DNA of 64,000 nt from Hypanus sabinus (GCF_030144855.1 NC_082709.1:50964001-51028000), one strand, 5' to 3'. Shown: positions 25,004-39,414, counted from the first letter of the stretch. Numbers and translations are program-made. The notes: generated by a model not told the origin, from the sequence alone.

Positions 25004-27557
25004 GTAATTTTTAAAAATCTTCACATATCACAGCATTTTGATAACTTAAGATAAATAAAATAAGTTTTTGTTTCTTTTAGTGGTCTTTCCACTGTTCAAT
25101 CTTGAATTGTTCACAATCAGTGAATTTGCCACGGGTACCTTTCAGTATATGATGTTCATTTAATATAAAGTTTTGTAATTACATCCAGTATTTGAATTTG
25201 GGATCAGATCCCCTCTCTCCCTGCTCCAAACATAAGAGAGCCAGAACTGATAAAATTACTATAACAAAACCAAAATGAAGTAACAGATTTCTTCAAAAAA
25301 TCATTAGGTCTGAAAGGAGAGGACTAGTCCCTGAGAAGAATCTTTGGTAGTTGATTAAATCATGCTTGTGTCTTTGTGGAATTATTGGCAATGCTTTCTT
25401 TTTAAAATTAATGATACCACGGGGAGCTTGGTTTATAATGACAAATCGGGAAGCTCATTAACTCAACTCATTAACCATTTTGTTGTGATAAACACAAAAC
25501 AGACCGGGCGCCACAACCCGGAGAGTGAACCCAACCAGCCTCATACAGATGGGGGAGGTGACCATCACACACCCTGGTTACATTTAGGGTGACCCACAAA
25601 TACAGAAGCAAATAACTGTATAACCCAAGCTACAATGTAGCAATAAATGAAAGGGAACTTTCCACCGTAATCCCACAAATGCGCCTTCACACAAGAACAG
25701 TGCTGGTCACAATACTATTATTTAAGAACAGAAATGAGGGCCTTTCTAAAGGCACCTTAGCAGTCTGGCTAGCTAAATGCTGTTTTAATAGCTTTTAAGC
25801 CGACATGTTTGCTGGGTGACAAGGACAAATCACTCACTATTCCATGTTGTAATGTTGCAAAACAATATGTCACAAAGGAAAGGAAAGGATGTAGCATTGT
25901 TTATGAAGGAAGAAACAAAGCAGGTGCTGGTCACGATTTCGATGCGGCGGGCAGAGATATGGGATTGTTCGGTATGAATATTGAATAAAGAAGTAAAAAA
26001 AGACATGGGGACAGCAGTCAAAAGCTCCTAAGTAATAGCCACCTGATAGGGCAAAATACAAATGAGAACTCTCGAAGACACGCATAAAGGGATACAATTA
26101 CCAAGTGTTTTTAATTTGTGTATTGATGGGACAAACTAAATTGGCAAGGGTATTGAAGAAGAAGAATTTGTGGAATGCATACTTCTTAGCCTACCAGATT
26201 ATGAAACCTATTTGGAAACAGGCTACTTTACATTTTGTCACATGCTATGAGGAAAGATTAGTAAGAAATCTTGTGGTTAGGGATCCGATATGAAGTTATG
26301 TAGTAGAATTTCAGGCACAGTGTCAAGGTGAATATCCAAAGTTCAAATCCAGTGTCTCCAACTTAATGAAAGTACAAAATCCAAGTTCCAGCAATTTGTC
26401 TTCTTGCTTTCCATAACATCCTGGGATACATCTAGACAGACTCTGCTGATTATTCCACCTTTTATTCATTTTAGTTCTTCCTCCTTAATAACAATATTGG
26501 TATGTTCCAGGACTTACTGTTCACTCCCCTGAACTCACAGGCTTCATAACTTTCTCCACGGTAATATAGACAAGATGTATTCAGTAAAGGCCTTGCTCAT
26601 TTCCTGTGGTTCCACGAATTGACTATCTTTATTATCCTTAGGAGGACCTACTCTCTCTCAAGCTACCATTTTAATACAACTATGGCATCTTTTATAACTC
26701 TCCTTTATCTTATTTGCCAGGGATAGCTCATGGTCCCATTTTTTCCTCCTCACATCTACAGCCCTTATAGTCCCCCAGGAACTTGCTTCCTTCTTTTTTT
26801 CTGACCAAATCCTTATTATTTCTTCTTAACCAGAGTCCCCAATTTTCTCTCACTTCTGAAGACTTTCCTCTTGCCATATATCCTTTTACATGCAACCAGC
26901 CGATCCTGATTAATTTTCTGCAAGCTCCTGCCTGATATCACCAAAATTATGCTTTCCCCTAATGATCTCTTCTAAGGGGGCTTTAAAGGGTGCGTGTCAA
27001 ATTGTGTGATTTATAGAAGAGTTTCAAGATAATGGGGCATCATTTAAAACTAAGGTAGTAGAAATTTCTTCTCACAGATGATAGTGAACTTTACCCCATC
27101 GAGCTACAGAAGCTAGATCATTGGAAATACTGATAACAGACCAGGGAATTGAGGGCTATGTGGATCTGGCATGAGAGATGGACTGTTGTAGATCAGCCAT
27201 TATCCATTGAATGGCCGGACAACCTGGAGTAGCCAGGGGGCCTACTCCCACTTCTGCTCACACTTTCTTGTGCTCTTGTGCTTACAAACAACAATGGAAG
27301 ATAATATGCAGGATATCATGAGCTGGAAAATAGTCCATGGTACAATGACAGGCATGATTGAAAGACAGTATCAATAAACATAAAGATTCATTTCTGATGA
27401 ACATTAACTGTAATTCTCTTTGCACAGATGCTTCCTTAGCCGTTGAGTGTTCCAGCATTTTCAGTTTTTATTTCAGATTTCCAACTTTTACAGGTTTTTG
27501 ATTTTCAAATAAAGAGGAATTCTCTTTACATGTTTTTTTCTCTTCTTTCTTCTCCAG

Positions 27558-27611
27558 GGTTTACCAGGAACTCAAGGTATTCCGGGTTATCCGGGTGATG
27601 AAGGTGGAACA
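27558..27611 (+). CDS. COL6A3: COL6A3 helix exon (54 nt; human exon 16 equivalent)
   Basis: CCAG| GLPGTQGIPGYPGDEGGT |GTAAGT. Confidence 0.93.
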
Positions 27612-27964
27612 GTAAGTAAATTGAGGATTTATTATAGTCTTCACATCATAAGATAAAAAGTGCTTCTAATTACCTATTTTAACATCAAACTACACAGATG
27701 CAAGTTTTCATCTTTTCAGTTTTCTTTCAGAAAAACCTATTTCTCATAGTTGCTGCATAAGCCTCCACCTAGCTAGCAAACTTATCTGCCTTCCCAGCTC
27801 AGATAATGACTGTTGCATTAAACGCTAAGACACACCATTAACGGGGAACCAATGCTACATACAGTTGACTGTTTCAAACTTACAATTCTTAATACCAACT
27901 GTTGATAAACTATCTGATGTGGAGATTATCACAATCAAAAGTGAGATGTCCATACAATGTACAC

Positions 27965-29000
27965 ACAACTGAGGCTTTACAAGGCACTGGTCAAACAGCA
28001 GTTGGACTACTGTGAGCTACTTTGGGCGCCTTGTCTAAGAAAGGATGCACCAGCATTGGAGAAGATCCAGAGAAGCCTCATGAGAACACTCCCAAGAATG
28101 AAGGGTTTAATGTATGAGGAACATTTGATGGCTCTGGGCCTGTATTTGCAGGAGTTTTGAAGAATGATGAGGGATCCCACTGAAGCCTGTTGCACACTGC
28201 ATGGGCTAGATAGAGTTGATGTAGAGATGATTCTTCCTACAGTGAGGAAGTCTAGGATGAGAGGGCAAAGCTTCAGAACATAAGGATGTCCCTTTAGAAC
28301 AGAAATGAGGAGGAATTTCTTTAGCCAGAGGCTGGCAAATCTTCGCAATTCATTGCGACAGGTGACTGTGGAGGCCAAGTTATTTGGAGTATTTAAGGCA
28401 GAGGTTGATGGTTTGTTGATGAGTAAGAGGGTCAGAGATTACGGGGAGAAAGCAGAAGAATGGGTTTGAGATGGATAACAAGTCGGCCATGATGAAATGA
28501 CAGAGTCAGGTTTAATATCACTGGCATATGTCATGAAATTTGTTATGCAGCAGCAGTACATTGCAATACAAAATACAAATGTAAAGTACAGTAAGAAGTA
28601 TATCTATATTAAAAACAACGTTAAATAAGTAGTGAAAAAGGAGAAAAATAATGACGTAGTGTTTATGATTTAAATGTCCACTCAGAAATCTGATGGCAGA
28701 GGGCAAGAAGTTGTTCCTAAATCATTACTTGTGGGCCTTCAGGCTCTTGTATCTCCTTTTTGAATGTACCAATGAAAAGAGGGCATGTGCAGGGTAATGG
28801 GGCCTCTTAATGATGGGTGCCAGTTTTTTGAGGCATCTCTCCTTGAAGATGTTTTGGATGCTGGGGAGGCCAGTGCCCATGATGAAACTGGCTTAGTTTG
28901 CACATTTTTGCAGCAGCTTTTAATCCTGTGCAGTGGCTCGCCATACCATAGAGCAGCCTCAATGGGCTGAATCGCCTAATTCTGCATGTATGTCTTAAGT
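27965..29000 (+). mobile_element. CR1-clade LINE 3' fragment, interrupted at ~28505-28950 by an antisense Rex1/Babar-like fragment
   Basis: LRLYKALVKQQLDYCELLWAP..; the CR1 tail resumes at ~28950 (GAGCAGCCTCAATGGGCTGAA). Confidence 0.8.
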
Positions 29001-29245
29001 ATGGTTTTACTGGGATAACGAGAAGAACAGGAAATTAATATGACAACCACCGCAGTCTGCAGTATGCTACCTGAACATAGCAAGGAGGAATTTTAGAGTA
29101 CATGTTAGTTATTTTTGGGACCTGTATTATAATGAACCAATTTGAGAGCTGGCCGCTTTAAGTGGGCATTGTGCAATGCAAAATAATTAATTAATAGTTT
29201 TGAATGAGATCCCATCGAGAGAAGCAAACATAACATGATGTAGAG

Positions 29246-29425
29246 CACCACACACAAAATGCTGGAGGAACTCAGCAGGTCAGCAGCACCTATGGAAAAG
29301 GTCTTGAAGAAGAGTCTCGAAATGGTTACAGTTTTCTCTTTTCCATAGATACTGCCTGGCCATCTGTGTTCCTCCAGCATTTTGCGTGTGTTGCTTTGGA
29401 TTTCCAGTATCTGCAGATTTTGTCA
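29246..29425. repeat. Penelope-like inverted-repeat (fold-back) element
   Basis: CACACAAAATGCTGGAGGAAC..CTATGGAAAAG pairs with CTTTTCCATAG..GTTCCTCCAGCATTTTGCGTG. Related copies at ~38370-38595, 44091-44190, 45489-45665, 47585-47680, 63786-63910. Confidence 0.6.
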
Positions 29426-30392
29426 TGTTTATAATATGATGAAGTTCTTTTTTAAGATGGACACTGATGAGAGAATTTCTAAGACATAGAGTTCTAAATC
29501 TACAGGAAGGAAATGAGAATGATATGAGGCAAAAGCTGGCTAAGATAGATTGAAGAGCATTAGTTATGATACTGATGGTGTCGTGGTAATGGCAAGCATT
29601 TCAGGAATGTGTGAATGAGCTATAATAATTGTTAATTTTTGTTTGGGACAAAAATAAAATGCAGGGGAGGACAGATGGCTCAGCCACTGTCAACATGCTA
29701 AATAGACATAGCATTGAATCTGGTCTGAAAAATAGGCCTAAGGATTAGGATCAATTTCCAATGATGGGAAGCATGGGTCAAAATTTGAGGATATGAGATA
29801 GGGCACTTGAGGCTGAAATGAAGAGAAATTTCTTCACTCAAAGAATAGTAAAATTCTCTCTACCATGGAAGGTAGTTGAGGGAAAATCATAAAATATGCA
29901 CAAAGAATTATTAGGTACTAATGGCTAAATAGATCGAGGTCTATAGTGGGAGAGAATGAATAGACTACTGAATTTGAAAGGCAGCCATTTTTGTTTTGAT
30001 TCACAGGGCAGGCTTGAATTCATCTGCAAGGTTCCTCTTTGTTTGTTAACTAGGCAACCTCCCCAAAAACTCAGCAGTCTTTTATACCTCTCATCTATCA
30101 GCTGTGCTTCTTAAGGCCTGGGAATCCTAGATGCTGAAGGCTGAAAAGACAGGCAAATGTGCCTTGACTTTATCAGGAGGAGCCAGACTTGGGACTTCCA
30201 TATTGACTTGACACGATTAACATTGTGATATCAAGTGGTTCCTTCACCAAATTAGACAAGACCTCTGCATGAATTTTGTTTACATTTTTCCTGGTCTCTA
30301 CAACTCTGCTCCTTTCCCTCCTTCTTATATGTGTTGGGTCCAACCATGCTGAAACATTTGAATTATTTCATGTCTTTTTTTGTTTCCAATAG

Positions 30393-30464
30393 GGTGACAG
30401 AGGTCCATCAGGTATAAATGGAACTCAAGGGTTCCAAGGATGCGAAGGATACCGTGGGTTTAAG
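30393..30464 (+). CDS. COL6A3: COL6A3 helix exon (72 nt) with the helical cysteine and an NGT sequon
   Basis: ATAG| GDRGPSGINGTQGFQGCEGYRGFK |GTAAAG. Confidence 0.94.
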
Positions 30465-30587
30465 GTAAAGTGTTAGAAACATTTGGATTAGATGAGATTT
30501 AATTAACTTTTTAAAAAGTGATTACATTTTCTGTACAAGTAAACACATATAAATACATATTTTATCTTCTTTTTATTATAAAAACAG

Positions 30588-30614
30588 GGTACCCGTGGAT
30601 ACCCCGGTGAAAAG
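30588..30614 (+). CDS. COL6A3: COL6A3 helix exon (27 nt)
   Basis: ACAG| GTRGYPGEK |GTATGT. Confidence 0.92.
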
Positions 30615-31951
30615 GTATGTAGTGACTTGATTTAGAATATAGTTCTATATTAGCATGTTAACAGGTGACATTTAAGATATTCTAAAATATTGGGGTTTTA
30701 GATACCTTTCACAATACTACAAAATACTTAATGTCGGCTTCCCAAATGAGGAATGTTTTGCTGCCACTATTTGGAACAGTAAGTTACCCTTAGAATAACA
30801 AAATAGTAAAAAGAAACAGAAAGGGCTTTGATGAGACTGTGTGAAAGAGAATAAATTGTAGAAAACAGGGAATAGGAAGAATGGAAAATTGACTCCAAAC
30901 TGGTCTGGACTTGATGGACCAAATTATTTACTTCTGTGTCATGATAAATGTAGGATAAAGTAAAGAATGGTGGAGAAAGAAGAATCAAGGAAAGGAGTCA
31001 TAAAGTGGAAAGGCTGCCCTGCTGAAGGCCCAGGTGACCACAGTTATACAGTAGCAACAGAATACAAATCAGTATTTGTGCTTGTCAAATTTTTTGGCGT
31101 TCTGGTAGGGGCAATCCCATTAAGCAGAAGATGAACATTTTAACTGTAAGTTATGGTGAGTAAGCAAGTGCAGAGGATGCACAAGTAGGTTAAATGAATG
31201 AGAATCAATACAGGGTAGTGTGAATTTCACACCAGGTAGAGGATGGAAATATATCCAAGGGAAGTTGAAAGAGGCAAGGACATGGCTAAGACTATCATCA
31301 GATGCTGCCCTGAAATGGAACTCTGTGGTCTTTGCATTGAAGGTTGGAACGATATGAATTGTACAGCGAGTTCACTAAGTAATTTGGACCACCACAGCAT
31401 CAAATATTAACAGCTGATTTTGGATTTTTTTAAAACTTTCGCAAATGGATGAAAAATAATTTCCACCCTCCATCACATGCCTTGGGCAATATAATTTCAC
31501 AGGCAAGTAGCCTGCCAAGTTTCTGACCAACCAGACAAAGTAAATGAAGATTTGAAGGAAATAAAGCAGTCTAAACAAGGGAACATAAATTAAATAGTAG
31601 GAAGTTCAGTTTTGTGAACATTCCATTTGTTATAACAGTACATTTCTCAGATTTTATGTGCTAGGTGTGTAATGGTCAGGCTTTCAGGCAGTAGTGCGCA
31701 TGCTAAATATAAGGTAGTGCACAGTAAACAGAACATACTGCCCAAAAATAAGAGTTATAGGATGAGATACTGATGAAGTCTATCAAAGTTCAGTTGACTT
31801 AAATTGCAACTGTTGTGTTTCTTGAAGGGGGAGAAATTTAGATGTAATAAAAGATCAAAAGGAAGGTAATCTTTCATTCAGGGATATTCGTATTGAACAT
31901 TGTAATCATTTCCTGTTCTAATATTTACAATTTTCATTCTGCTTCCTCCAG

Positions 31952-31996
31952 GGTCAAAGTGGAGAACTTGGTCTTGATGGAATAGATGGAGAACAG
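31952..31996 (+). CDS. COL6A3: COL6A3 helix exon (45 nt)
   Basis: CCAG| GQSGELGLDGIDGEQ |GTATAT. Confidence 0.93.
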
Positions 31997-32096
31997 GTAT
32001 ATGATGCATTTATCACTGTTAAGTTACCACTCTTTTAGACTTTTTTATAACGTCCCTTTGATCAATGTGATACTTAACTCTACATGTATTATTCAG

Positions 32097-32150
32097 GGAA
32101 TACATGGAGTAATTGGAAAGCCTGGAGAAAGAGGGAGTCCAGGAGCACTG
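32097..32150 (+). CDS. COL6A3: COL6A3 helix exon (54 nt)
   Basis: TCAG| GIHGVIGKPGERGSPGAL |GTAAGT. Confidence 0.93.
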
Positions 32151-32225
32151 GTAAGTCAACTACATCCCATGTACCAATGACACAAAACTGGTTGTAATCT
32201 ATTAAGCAGGTTGGCATTTAAGATG

Positions 32226-34946
32226 ATAAGACATAAGAGCAAAATTAGGCCATTTGGCCCATTGAGTCTGCTCCACCATTCAATCATGGCTGATCTTTTA
32301 TTCCTCTCCTTGGCTCCACTCCCCAGTCTTCTCCCTATAACTTTTAGTGCTATGTCCAATCTAGAACCCATCAATGTCTGGCTTAAATAAGCCCAACGGT
32401 CTGGCCTCCACAACTGTCTATAGTAACAAATTTCCCAAATTCGAAACCCTCTGGCTAAAGCAATTTCTCAGCATCTTGGTTTTAAAAGGACACCCCTCTA
32501 TTCCGAGGCTCTGCCCTCTCATCTTAGACACACCCACCATGGGAGACATCCTTTTCACATCTACTCTGTCTTGGCCTATCAACATTTGAAAGGTTTCAGT
32601 GAGATCCCCCCAAATCTTTCTGAATTCCAGCGAGTACAGACCCGGAGCCATCTAACGTTTCTTATATGATAACCCTTTCATTCCTGGAATCACCTTGTGA
32701 ACCTCCTCTGAACCCTCTCCAGTGCCAATATATCCTTCCAAAGATGAGAAGCCCAAAACTGTTCACAGTACTCAAAGTGAGGTCTCACCAGTGCCTTATA
32801 AAGCCTCAGCATCACATCCCTGCTGTTGTATTCTAGACCTCTTGAAATGAATACTAACATTACAATTGTCTTCCTCACCACCAACTCTACCTGCAAGTTA
32901 ACTTTTAGAGTGATCTGTACAAGGACTCCCAAGTCCCTTTGCATCTCAGATTTCTGCATTTTTTCCCTGTTCAGAAAATAGTCCGCACATTTATTTCTAC
33001 TACCAAAGTGCATTCCCGTGCATTGTCCAACATTGTATTTAATTTGTTACTTTCTACTTGTTACTATCTAAGTCCTTCTGCAGCCTACCTGTTTCCCCAA
33101 CACTTCCTGCCCCTCCACCAATTTTCGTGTCATCTGCAAACTTGGCAACAAAGCCATCTATTCCATCATCTAAATCATTGATATACAGCATAAAATAAAG
33201 CGGTCCCAACACTGACCCCTGTGGAACATCACTAGTCACTGGCAGCCATCCAGAAAAGGATCCTTTTATTCCCACTTGCTGCCTCCTACCAATCAGCCAA
33301 TGCTCTAACCATGCCAGTAACTTTCCTGTAATACCATGGGCTCTTAATTTGGTAAGCAGTCTCATGTGTGGCAAATTGTCAAAGGCCTTCTGAAAGTCCA
33401 AATATACAATATCCACTGCATCCACTTCATCTATCATACTTGTAATCTCCTCAAGTAATTCTAACAGGATCATCAGGCAAGATTTTCCCTTAAGGAAATC
33501 ATGTTGGCTTTGTCGTATCTTGTCCTGTGTCACCAAGCACACCGTAACTTCATCCTTAACATTTCTCTCCAATGTTTTCCCAACCACAGAGGTCAGACAA
33601 ACTGGTCTGTAATTTTCTTTCTGCTGCCTTCCTCCTTTCTTGAAGAGTAGCAAGACATTTTCAATGTTCCAGTCCTCTGGTACCATGTCAGAGTCCAATA
33701 ATTTTTGAAAGATCATTACTAATGCATCCACAATCTCTACCGCTACTTCCTTCAGAACTCTAGGGTGCAGTTCATCTTGTTTGGTGACTTAAGTACCCTT
33801 AGGTCTTTCTGCTTTTTGAGCACCTTCTCCCTTGTAATAGTAACTGCACTCACTTCACTTCCCTCACATCCTTCAACACCTGGCTCACAATACTCATTTG
33901 CAAAATACTCATTTAGTCATCAGCCATTTCCTTATCCCCTGTTATTATTTCTCCAGCCTCATTTTCTAGCAGTCCAATATCCACTCTCATCTCTGTTTTA
34001 TTTTTTACATACTTGCAAAAGCTTTTACTATCCAACTTTTGTATTGTTTGCTAGCTTGCTTTCATATATCATCTTTTCCCTTCCGAAGATTCTTTTAGTT
34101 GTTCTCTGTAGGTTTTTAATAGCTTCCCAATCCTCTATCTTCCCACTAATTTTTGCTTTGTTTTATGCCCTCTCTTTTGCTTATACACTAGCTTTGACTT
34201 CCCTTGTCAGTCATGTTGTACTATTTTGTCGTTTGAGTATTTCTTCATTTTTGGAATACATCTATCTTGCAACTTCCTCATTTTCCCAGAAACTCGGGCT
34301 GTTGTGCTCTGCTCTCATCTCTACCAGCAACTCCTTCCAGTTTATTTTGCCAACTTCTCTCTCATACCACCACTCTAATTTCCTTTACTCCACTGAAATA
34401 CTGCTCCGTCAGACTTTTCTCCCTATCAGTTTTCAAGTTGAACTTAATCATATTGTGATCACTGTCTCCTAAGGGTTATTTTATCTTAAGCTCCCTAATT
34501 GCCTCTGTTTGATTACGTAATCAGTATAGCTGATCCCCTAGTAGGCTAAACAACAATCTGCCCTAAGAAAACATCTCGTAGGCATTCAACACTCCCTCTG
34601 CTGAGATCTGTTACCAACCTCCTCATTTTCCCAATCAACCTGCATGTTAAAATCTCCCATGATGATCATAGCATTGCCCTTTTGACATGCCTTTTCTATT
34701 TCCCTTTGAAATCTGTGGTCCACATCCCAGCTACTGTATATAATTGCCATCACGGTCCTTTTGCCCTTGCAATTTCTCAACTTAGCCCACAAGGATTTAA
34801 CATCTTCCGATCCTATGTCACATCTTTCTACTGATTTGATGCCATTCTTTACCAGCTGAGCCACATCACCTTCTCTGCCTACCTTCCTATCCCTCTGATA
34901 TAATGTGTAACCTTGGACATTCAGCTCCCAACTACAACCATCAACC
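32226..34946 (-). mobile_element. CR1-clade LINE, 5'-truncated ORF2 (endonuclease to RT to 3' tail), decayed
   Basis: IIMGDFNM; NYRPVCLTS..YLDFQKAFD..VPQGSVLGP..KFADDTK; LVRPHFEYC; ATAAGACATAAG tail at 32226. Confidence 0.95.
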
Positions 34947-35049
34947 ATTGAGGCATAGGTGCTATTGAAGCGGTATTTTGTAATGATTATTATTTCCAGC
35001 ACAAGTTTAGATGTACTGTTAACAAATGAATGTTTTATTTTTGAATGGG

Positions 35050-37530
35050 GCACGAATGCACAAGTGCGTGGATTTTGGCCAGTGAGAATAGCAGGACGAG
35101 TTTAAAAGGAAGACAGATTTACAGAGCGGGCGACAGAGTAGGAAGGCTTTGGCTCAATGGGGATTAGGCGATAAAGGGTCGAGGCCAGGTAGGTTGCCTG
35201 AATATAATACAGACAGGAAGTACGTGTGTGAGGCCAGTTTTCTGTGCTTGGTGTCAGATGTGGGATGTCTGGAAGACTCCCAGCCTCCCGGACGGCCACA
35301 TCTGTACCAGGTGCATCGAGCTGCAGCTCCTTAGGGACCAGGTTAGGGAACTGGAGATGCAGCTCAATGACTTTCGTCTGGTCAGAGGAGGTGACAGAGA
35401 GGAGCTATAGGCAGGTAGTCATACCAGGGCCTGGGGAGACAGATAAGTGGGTAAAAGTCAGGAGAGGGAAGGGCAGGAGTCTGAGGCTAGTGAGCATCCC
35501 TGTGCCTGTACCCCTTGATAATAAGTATTCCTGCATGAGTTCTGCTGGGGGGATGGCCTACCTGGGGGAAGCAACAGTGGCCATGCCTCTGGCACAGAGT
35601 CTGGTCCTGTGGCTCAGAAGGGTAGGGAAAGGAAGAGGATGGCAGCAGTGATAGGGGACTCTATAGTTAGGGGTCAGACAGGCGATTCTGTGTATGCAGG
35701 AAAGAAGCACGGATGGTAGTTTGCCTCCCAGATGCCAGGGTTCAGGATGTTTCTGATCGCGTCCATGATATCTTGAAGTGGAATGGAGAGCAGCCAGAGG
35801 TCATGGTACATATTGGTACCAACAACATAGGTAGGAAAAGGGAGGAGGTCCTGATAAAAGACAACAGGGAACTAGGAAAGGAGTTGAGAAGCAGGATATC
35901 AAAGGTAGCAATCTTGGGATTACTGCCTGTGCCATGTGACAATGTGTATAGGAATAGAGTGAGTGGCAGGATAAATGCATGGCTGAGAGATTGGAGCAGG
36001 GAGCAGGGATTCAGATTTCTGGATCATTGGGACCTCTTCTGGAGCAGGTGTACAAAAAGGGCGGGTTGCACTTGAATCTCAGGGGGACCAATATTCTGGC
36101 AGGTATGCTTGCTATTGGGGAGAGTTTAAACTAGAATTGCTGGTGGGTGGGACCCGAACTGAAGAGATGGAGGAAAGGGAGGTTGGCTCACAAAATAGAG
36201 AAAGCTTGGAGAGAGTGTAAAAGGGAGGATAGGCAGGTGATAGAGGAGGGACACGCTCAGTCCAATGGTTTGAGATGTGTCTATTTTAATGCGAGGAGTA
36301 TCATGAATAAAGTGGATGAGATTAGAGCGTGGATCAGCACTTGGAGCTATGATGTTGTGGCCATTACAGAGACTGGGATGGTGCAGGGACAGGAATGGTT
36401 ACTTTGAGTGCCAGGTTTTAGATGTTTCAGAAAGGATAGGGAGGCAGGCAAAAGAGTTGGGGGCAAGGCTTTGTTAATCAGGGATAGTGTCACTGTTGCA
36501 GAAAAGGAGGAAGTCATGGAGTGATTGTCTATGGAGTCTCTGTGGGTGGAAGGTAGGAATAGGAAGGGGTCAATAACTCTACTGGGTGGTTTTTTTATAG
36601 GCCACCCAATAGTAACAGGGACATTGAGGAACAGATAGGGAGACAGATACTGGAAAGGAGTAATAATAACAGGATTGTTGTGGTGGGAGATTTTAATTTC
36701 CCAGATGTTGATTGGCATCTCCCTAGATGGGGTGGAGTTTGTTAGTTGTGTTCAGGAAGGTTTCTTGACACAATGTGTATATAAGCCTACAAGAGGAGAG
36801 GCTGTACTTGATCTGGTATTGGGAAATGAACCTGGTCAGGTGTCAGATCTCTCAGTCGGGGAGCATTTTGGAGATAGTGATCATAATTCTATCTCCTTTA
36901 CCATAGCATTGGAGACAGATAGGAACAGACAAGTTAGGGAAACGCTTAATTGGAGTAAGAGGAACTATGAGGCTATCAGGCAGGAACTTGGAAGCATAAA
37001 TTGGGAACAGATGTTCTCAGGGAAACGTACTGAAGAAATGTGGCAAATGTTCAGGGGATATTTGTGTGGGGTTCTAAGTAGGTACAGTCCAATGAAACAT
37101 GGAAAGGTTGGTGGGGTACAAGATCCATGGTGCATGTTGTAAGGAGGATAAGAGGTGACTTGATTGAGATGTACAGGATAACGAAAGGCATTGATCATGT
37201 GGATAGTCAGAGGCTTTTCCTCTGGGCTGGAATGGCTAGCACGAGAGCGCATAGTTTTAAGGTGCTTGGAGACAGATACAGAGGAGATGTCAGGGGTAAG
37301 TCTTTTACGCAGAGAGTGGTGAGTGCATGGAATGGGCTGCCATCGGCGGTGGCGGAGATGGAAATGATAGTGTCTTTTAAGAGACTTCTGGATGACAAAA
37401 TGGAACTTAGAAAAATAGAGGGCTATTGGTAAAGCCTAGGTAGTTCTAAAGTAGGGACATGTTCGGCACAGCTTTGTGGGCCGAAGGGTCTGTACTTTGC
37501 TGTATGTTTTCTATGTTTCCATGTTTCTAA
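35050..37530 (+). mobile_element. CR1-clade LINE with both ends present but RT deleted internally
   Basis: ORF1 (CAWCQMW..HICTRC; VHIGTN), endonuclease (AITET..SDHN), QDPWC, then a jump at ~37135 to RRIRGDLIEMY and the TTTCTATG tail. Confidence 0.92.
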
Positions 37531-38682
37531 GTACACTCGCTATATTATGAAATCTTTGTTAATGTTTATATAATATTTGTCTATTCATCTGCACGTGCCA
37601 TTGTTTCCTTTCTAGTTATCTGTGTTTTTTTCCCTTCATGAAGGTGAGGAAATTGGCTGCAGATTGTTATCCATTCTATGTTATCCTCTGAATTCAGTGA
37701 CTTGCTAAGCCTATTCACAGGGCTCAATAATATTTAGAACAATAATGCCAACACTTAGAGAAATTTGGATGGGTTCATGGATGGGAGGGGTCTATTATGA
37801 CAGCACCTCACATACACACAACCTCTCACATCCAGATCTGAATTTGCCTGCTGAATAATGTTTTTTTCAGAGGGAATGCAGCACTTTTAGGACAGTAGCT
37901 TATTTGACTACCTCTTGAAGTCAATCCGGAATGGGAATTAACTGCTAGCCTTGCCAGGGTTTTCCAAAACTTCTTTAAATTAATGATATTAAAATATTAC
38001 TGGATCTATGTCACATGTAATTTAAATCATGCACAAATGAGAAATGGTCTTTCCTTTAGCATTTCAATGAATGGATTCCATTTTTATGAAAAACTTCTAG
38101 TCACTATTGCTAAAACTGCCCTTTAGTTCCAAATTTAGATTAGATTACTCCTTGGAATTTTAAATACTGCAACTGCATTGGTGGGATTTAAACTTCAGTC
38201 TTGTATCCAACCTGTTGTATGCAGGTTCAGTAATATAATCATTCTGCTGCTGAGTGGTGATTGAAAGAGAAAGGTAAAAAAAAAGTACTGACAAGATGTT
38301 AACAAGAACTAATGGAGATGCATTGAAATATAAATAGTGCTATGTAAAGTCAGGTTGGATATAAATTAAAGACAGCCAATGCTGGGGTCTGGAGCAACAA
38401 ACAGCCTGCTGGTGGAAATTGGTGAGTCGAGTGAAGAGATAGAAGGGAAGAGCGAAGACAATCTTGGAGAGAGGAAAAATGTTCACTGTTTAGGGGTTGA
38501 AATCCTACACCAGGACAAGTGAGCCAAAGCATCAATACGTCCTCTCTTCCCACAAGTGCTGCTTAACCCACCGAGCTCCTGCAGCATTTGTTGCCTCATC
38601 TTGGAATAGATATTACTAGAGGTGAGTGAATGAAAAAGAAAAGACATTACAAATTTAACTGTCTGGCCCATTTTCTTTGCAG

Positions 38683-38745
38683 GGTACAAAAGGAGCCAAA
38701 GGTGCAAAAGGAGAAAGGGGTGATATTGGTTATCGTGGTGATCCG
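38683..38745 (+). CDS. COL6A3: COL6A3 helix exon (63 nt), two RGD motifs
   Basis: GCAG| GTKGAKGAKGERGDIGYRGDP |GTAAGT. Confidence 0.93.
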
Positions 38746-39414
38746 GTAAGTTAGTCAGGTGCTTCCAAACCCTTTCTCCACCTGTTATATTTTCATGCAT
38801 GTTATTACAACATGGAATAGCAGTGGCAGGTCATTCCAAAGTAAGATCCATTCATTTAATTCAAACTATACATTTGTCCCAATGTTTAGTCATAGAATAA
38901 CCTAGTTAAGTTTATTTTTAAGAGATTTTGAACAGAACAGGTCAGTTAAAATGATCGGTAAATTATTAATTCAACAGTTTCTACCTTTCAGAAAAGTCAG
39001 ACGGCACTGCTGATATGACTTACAACTATTTATTGAGTAACTTACAGCAAACAGCAAGTCTCATTGCCACAGATAGAATCAGAAATCCAGTTAATTTGCA
39101 CTCTTGTGAAATGTACAAACTTGTAATTAAATTCAAGGTTCCGTTCCTCAAGTGAGACAATATTTTCTGCAGTTGTGGAATTTCTTGTGCCAACTAACAA
39201 ATATAACATACTAGAATTGAGAAAATTAACAAAATTTTGCTGCCTACTGATGGAATTTATCTGTTTGTTATTTAAATAGAGAAGTTTAATTGTTTTATAT
39301 ATGAGAAAATATTAGGAATTATTGCTATGATCCCAACTTAGTTGTATAATGTTTTAACTTTAAAAAAAGGTGATGAATGGAACTGTTTAATCTTATGAAA
39401 CTGTGATCTTACAG

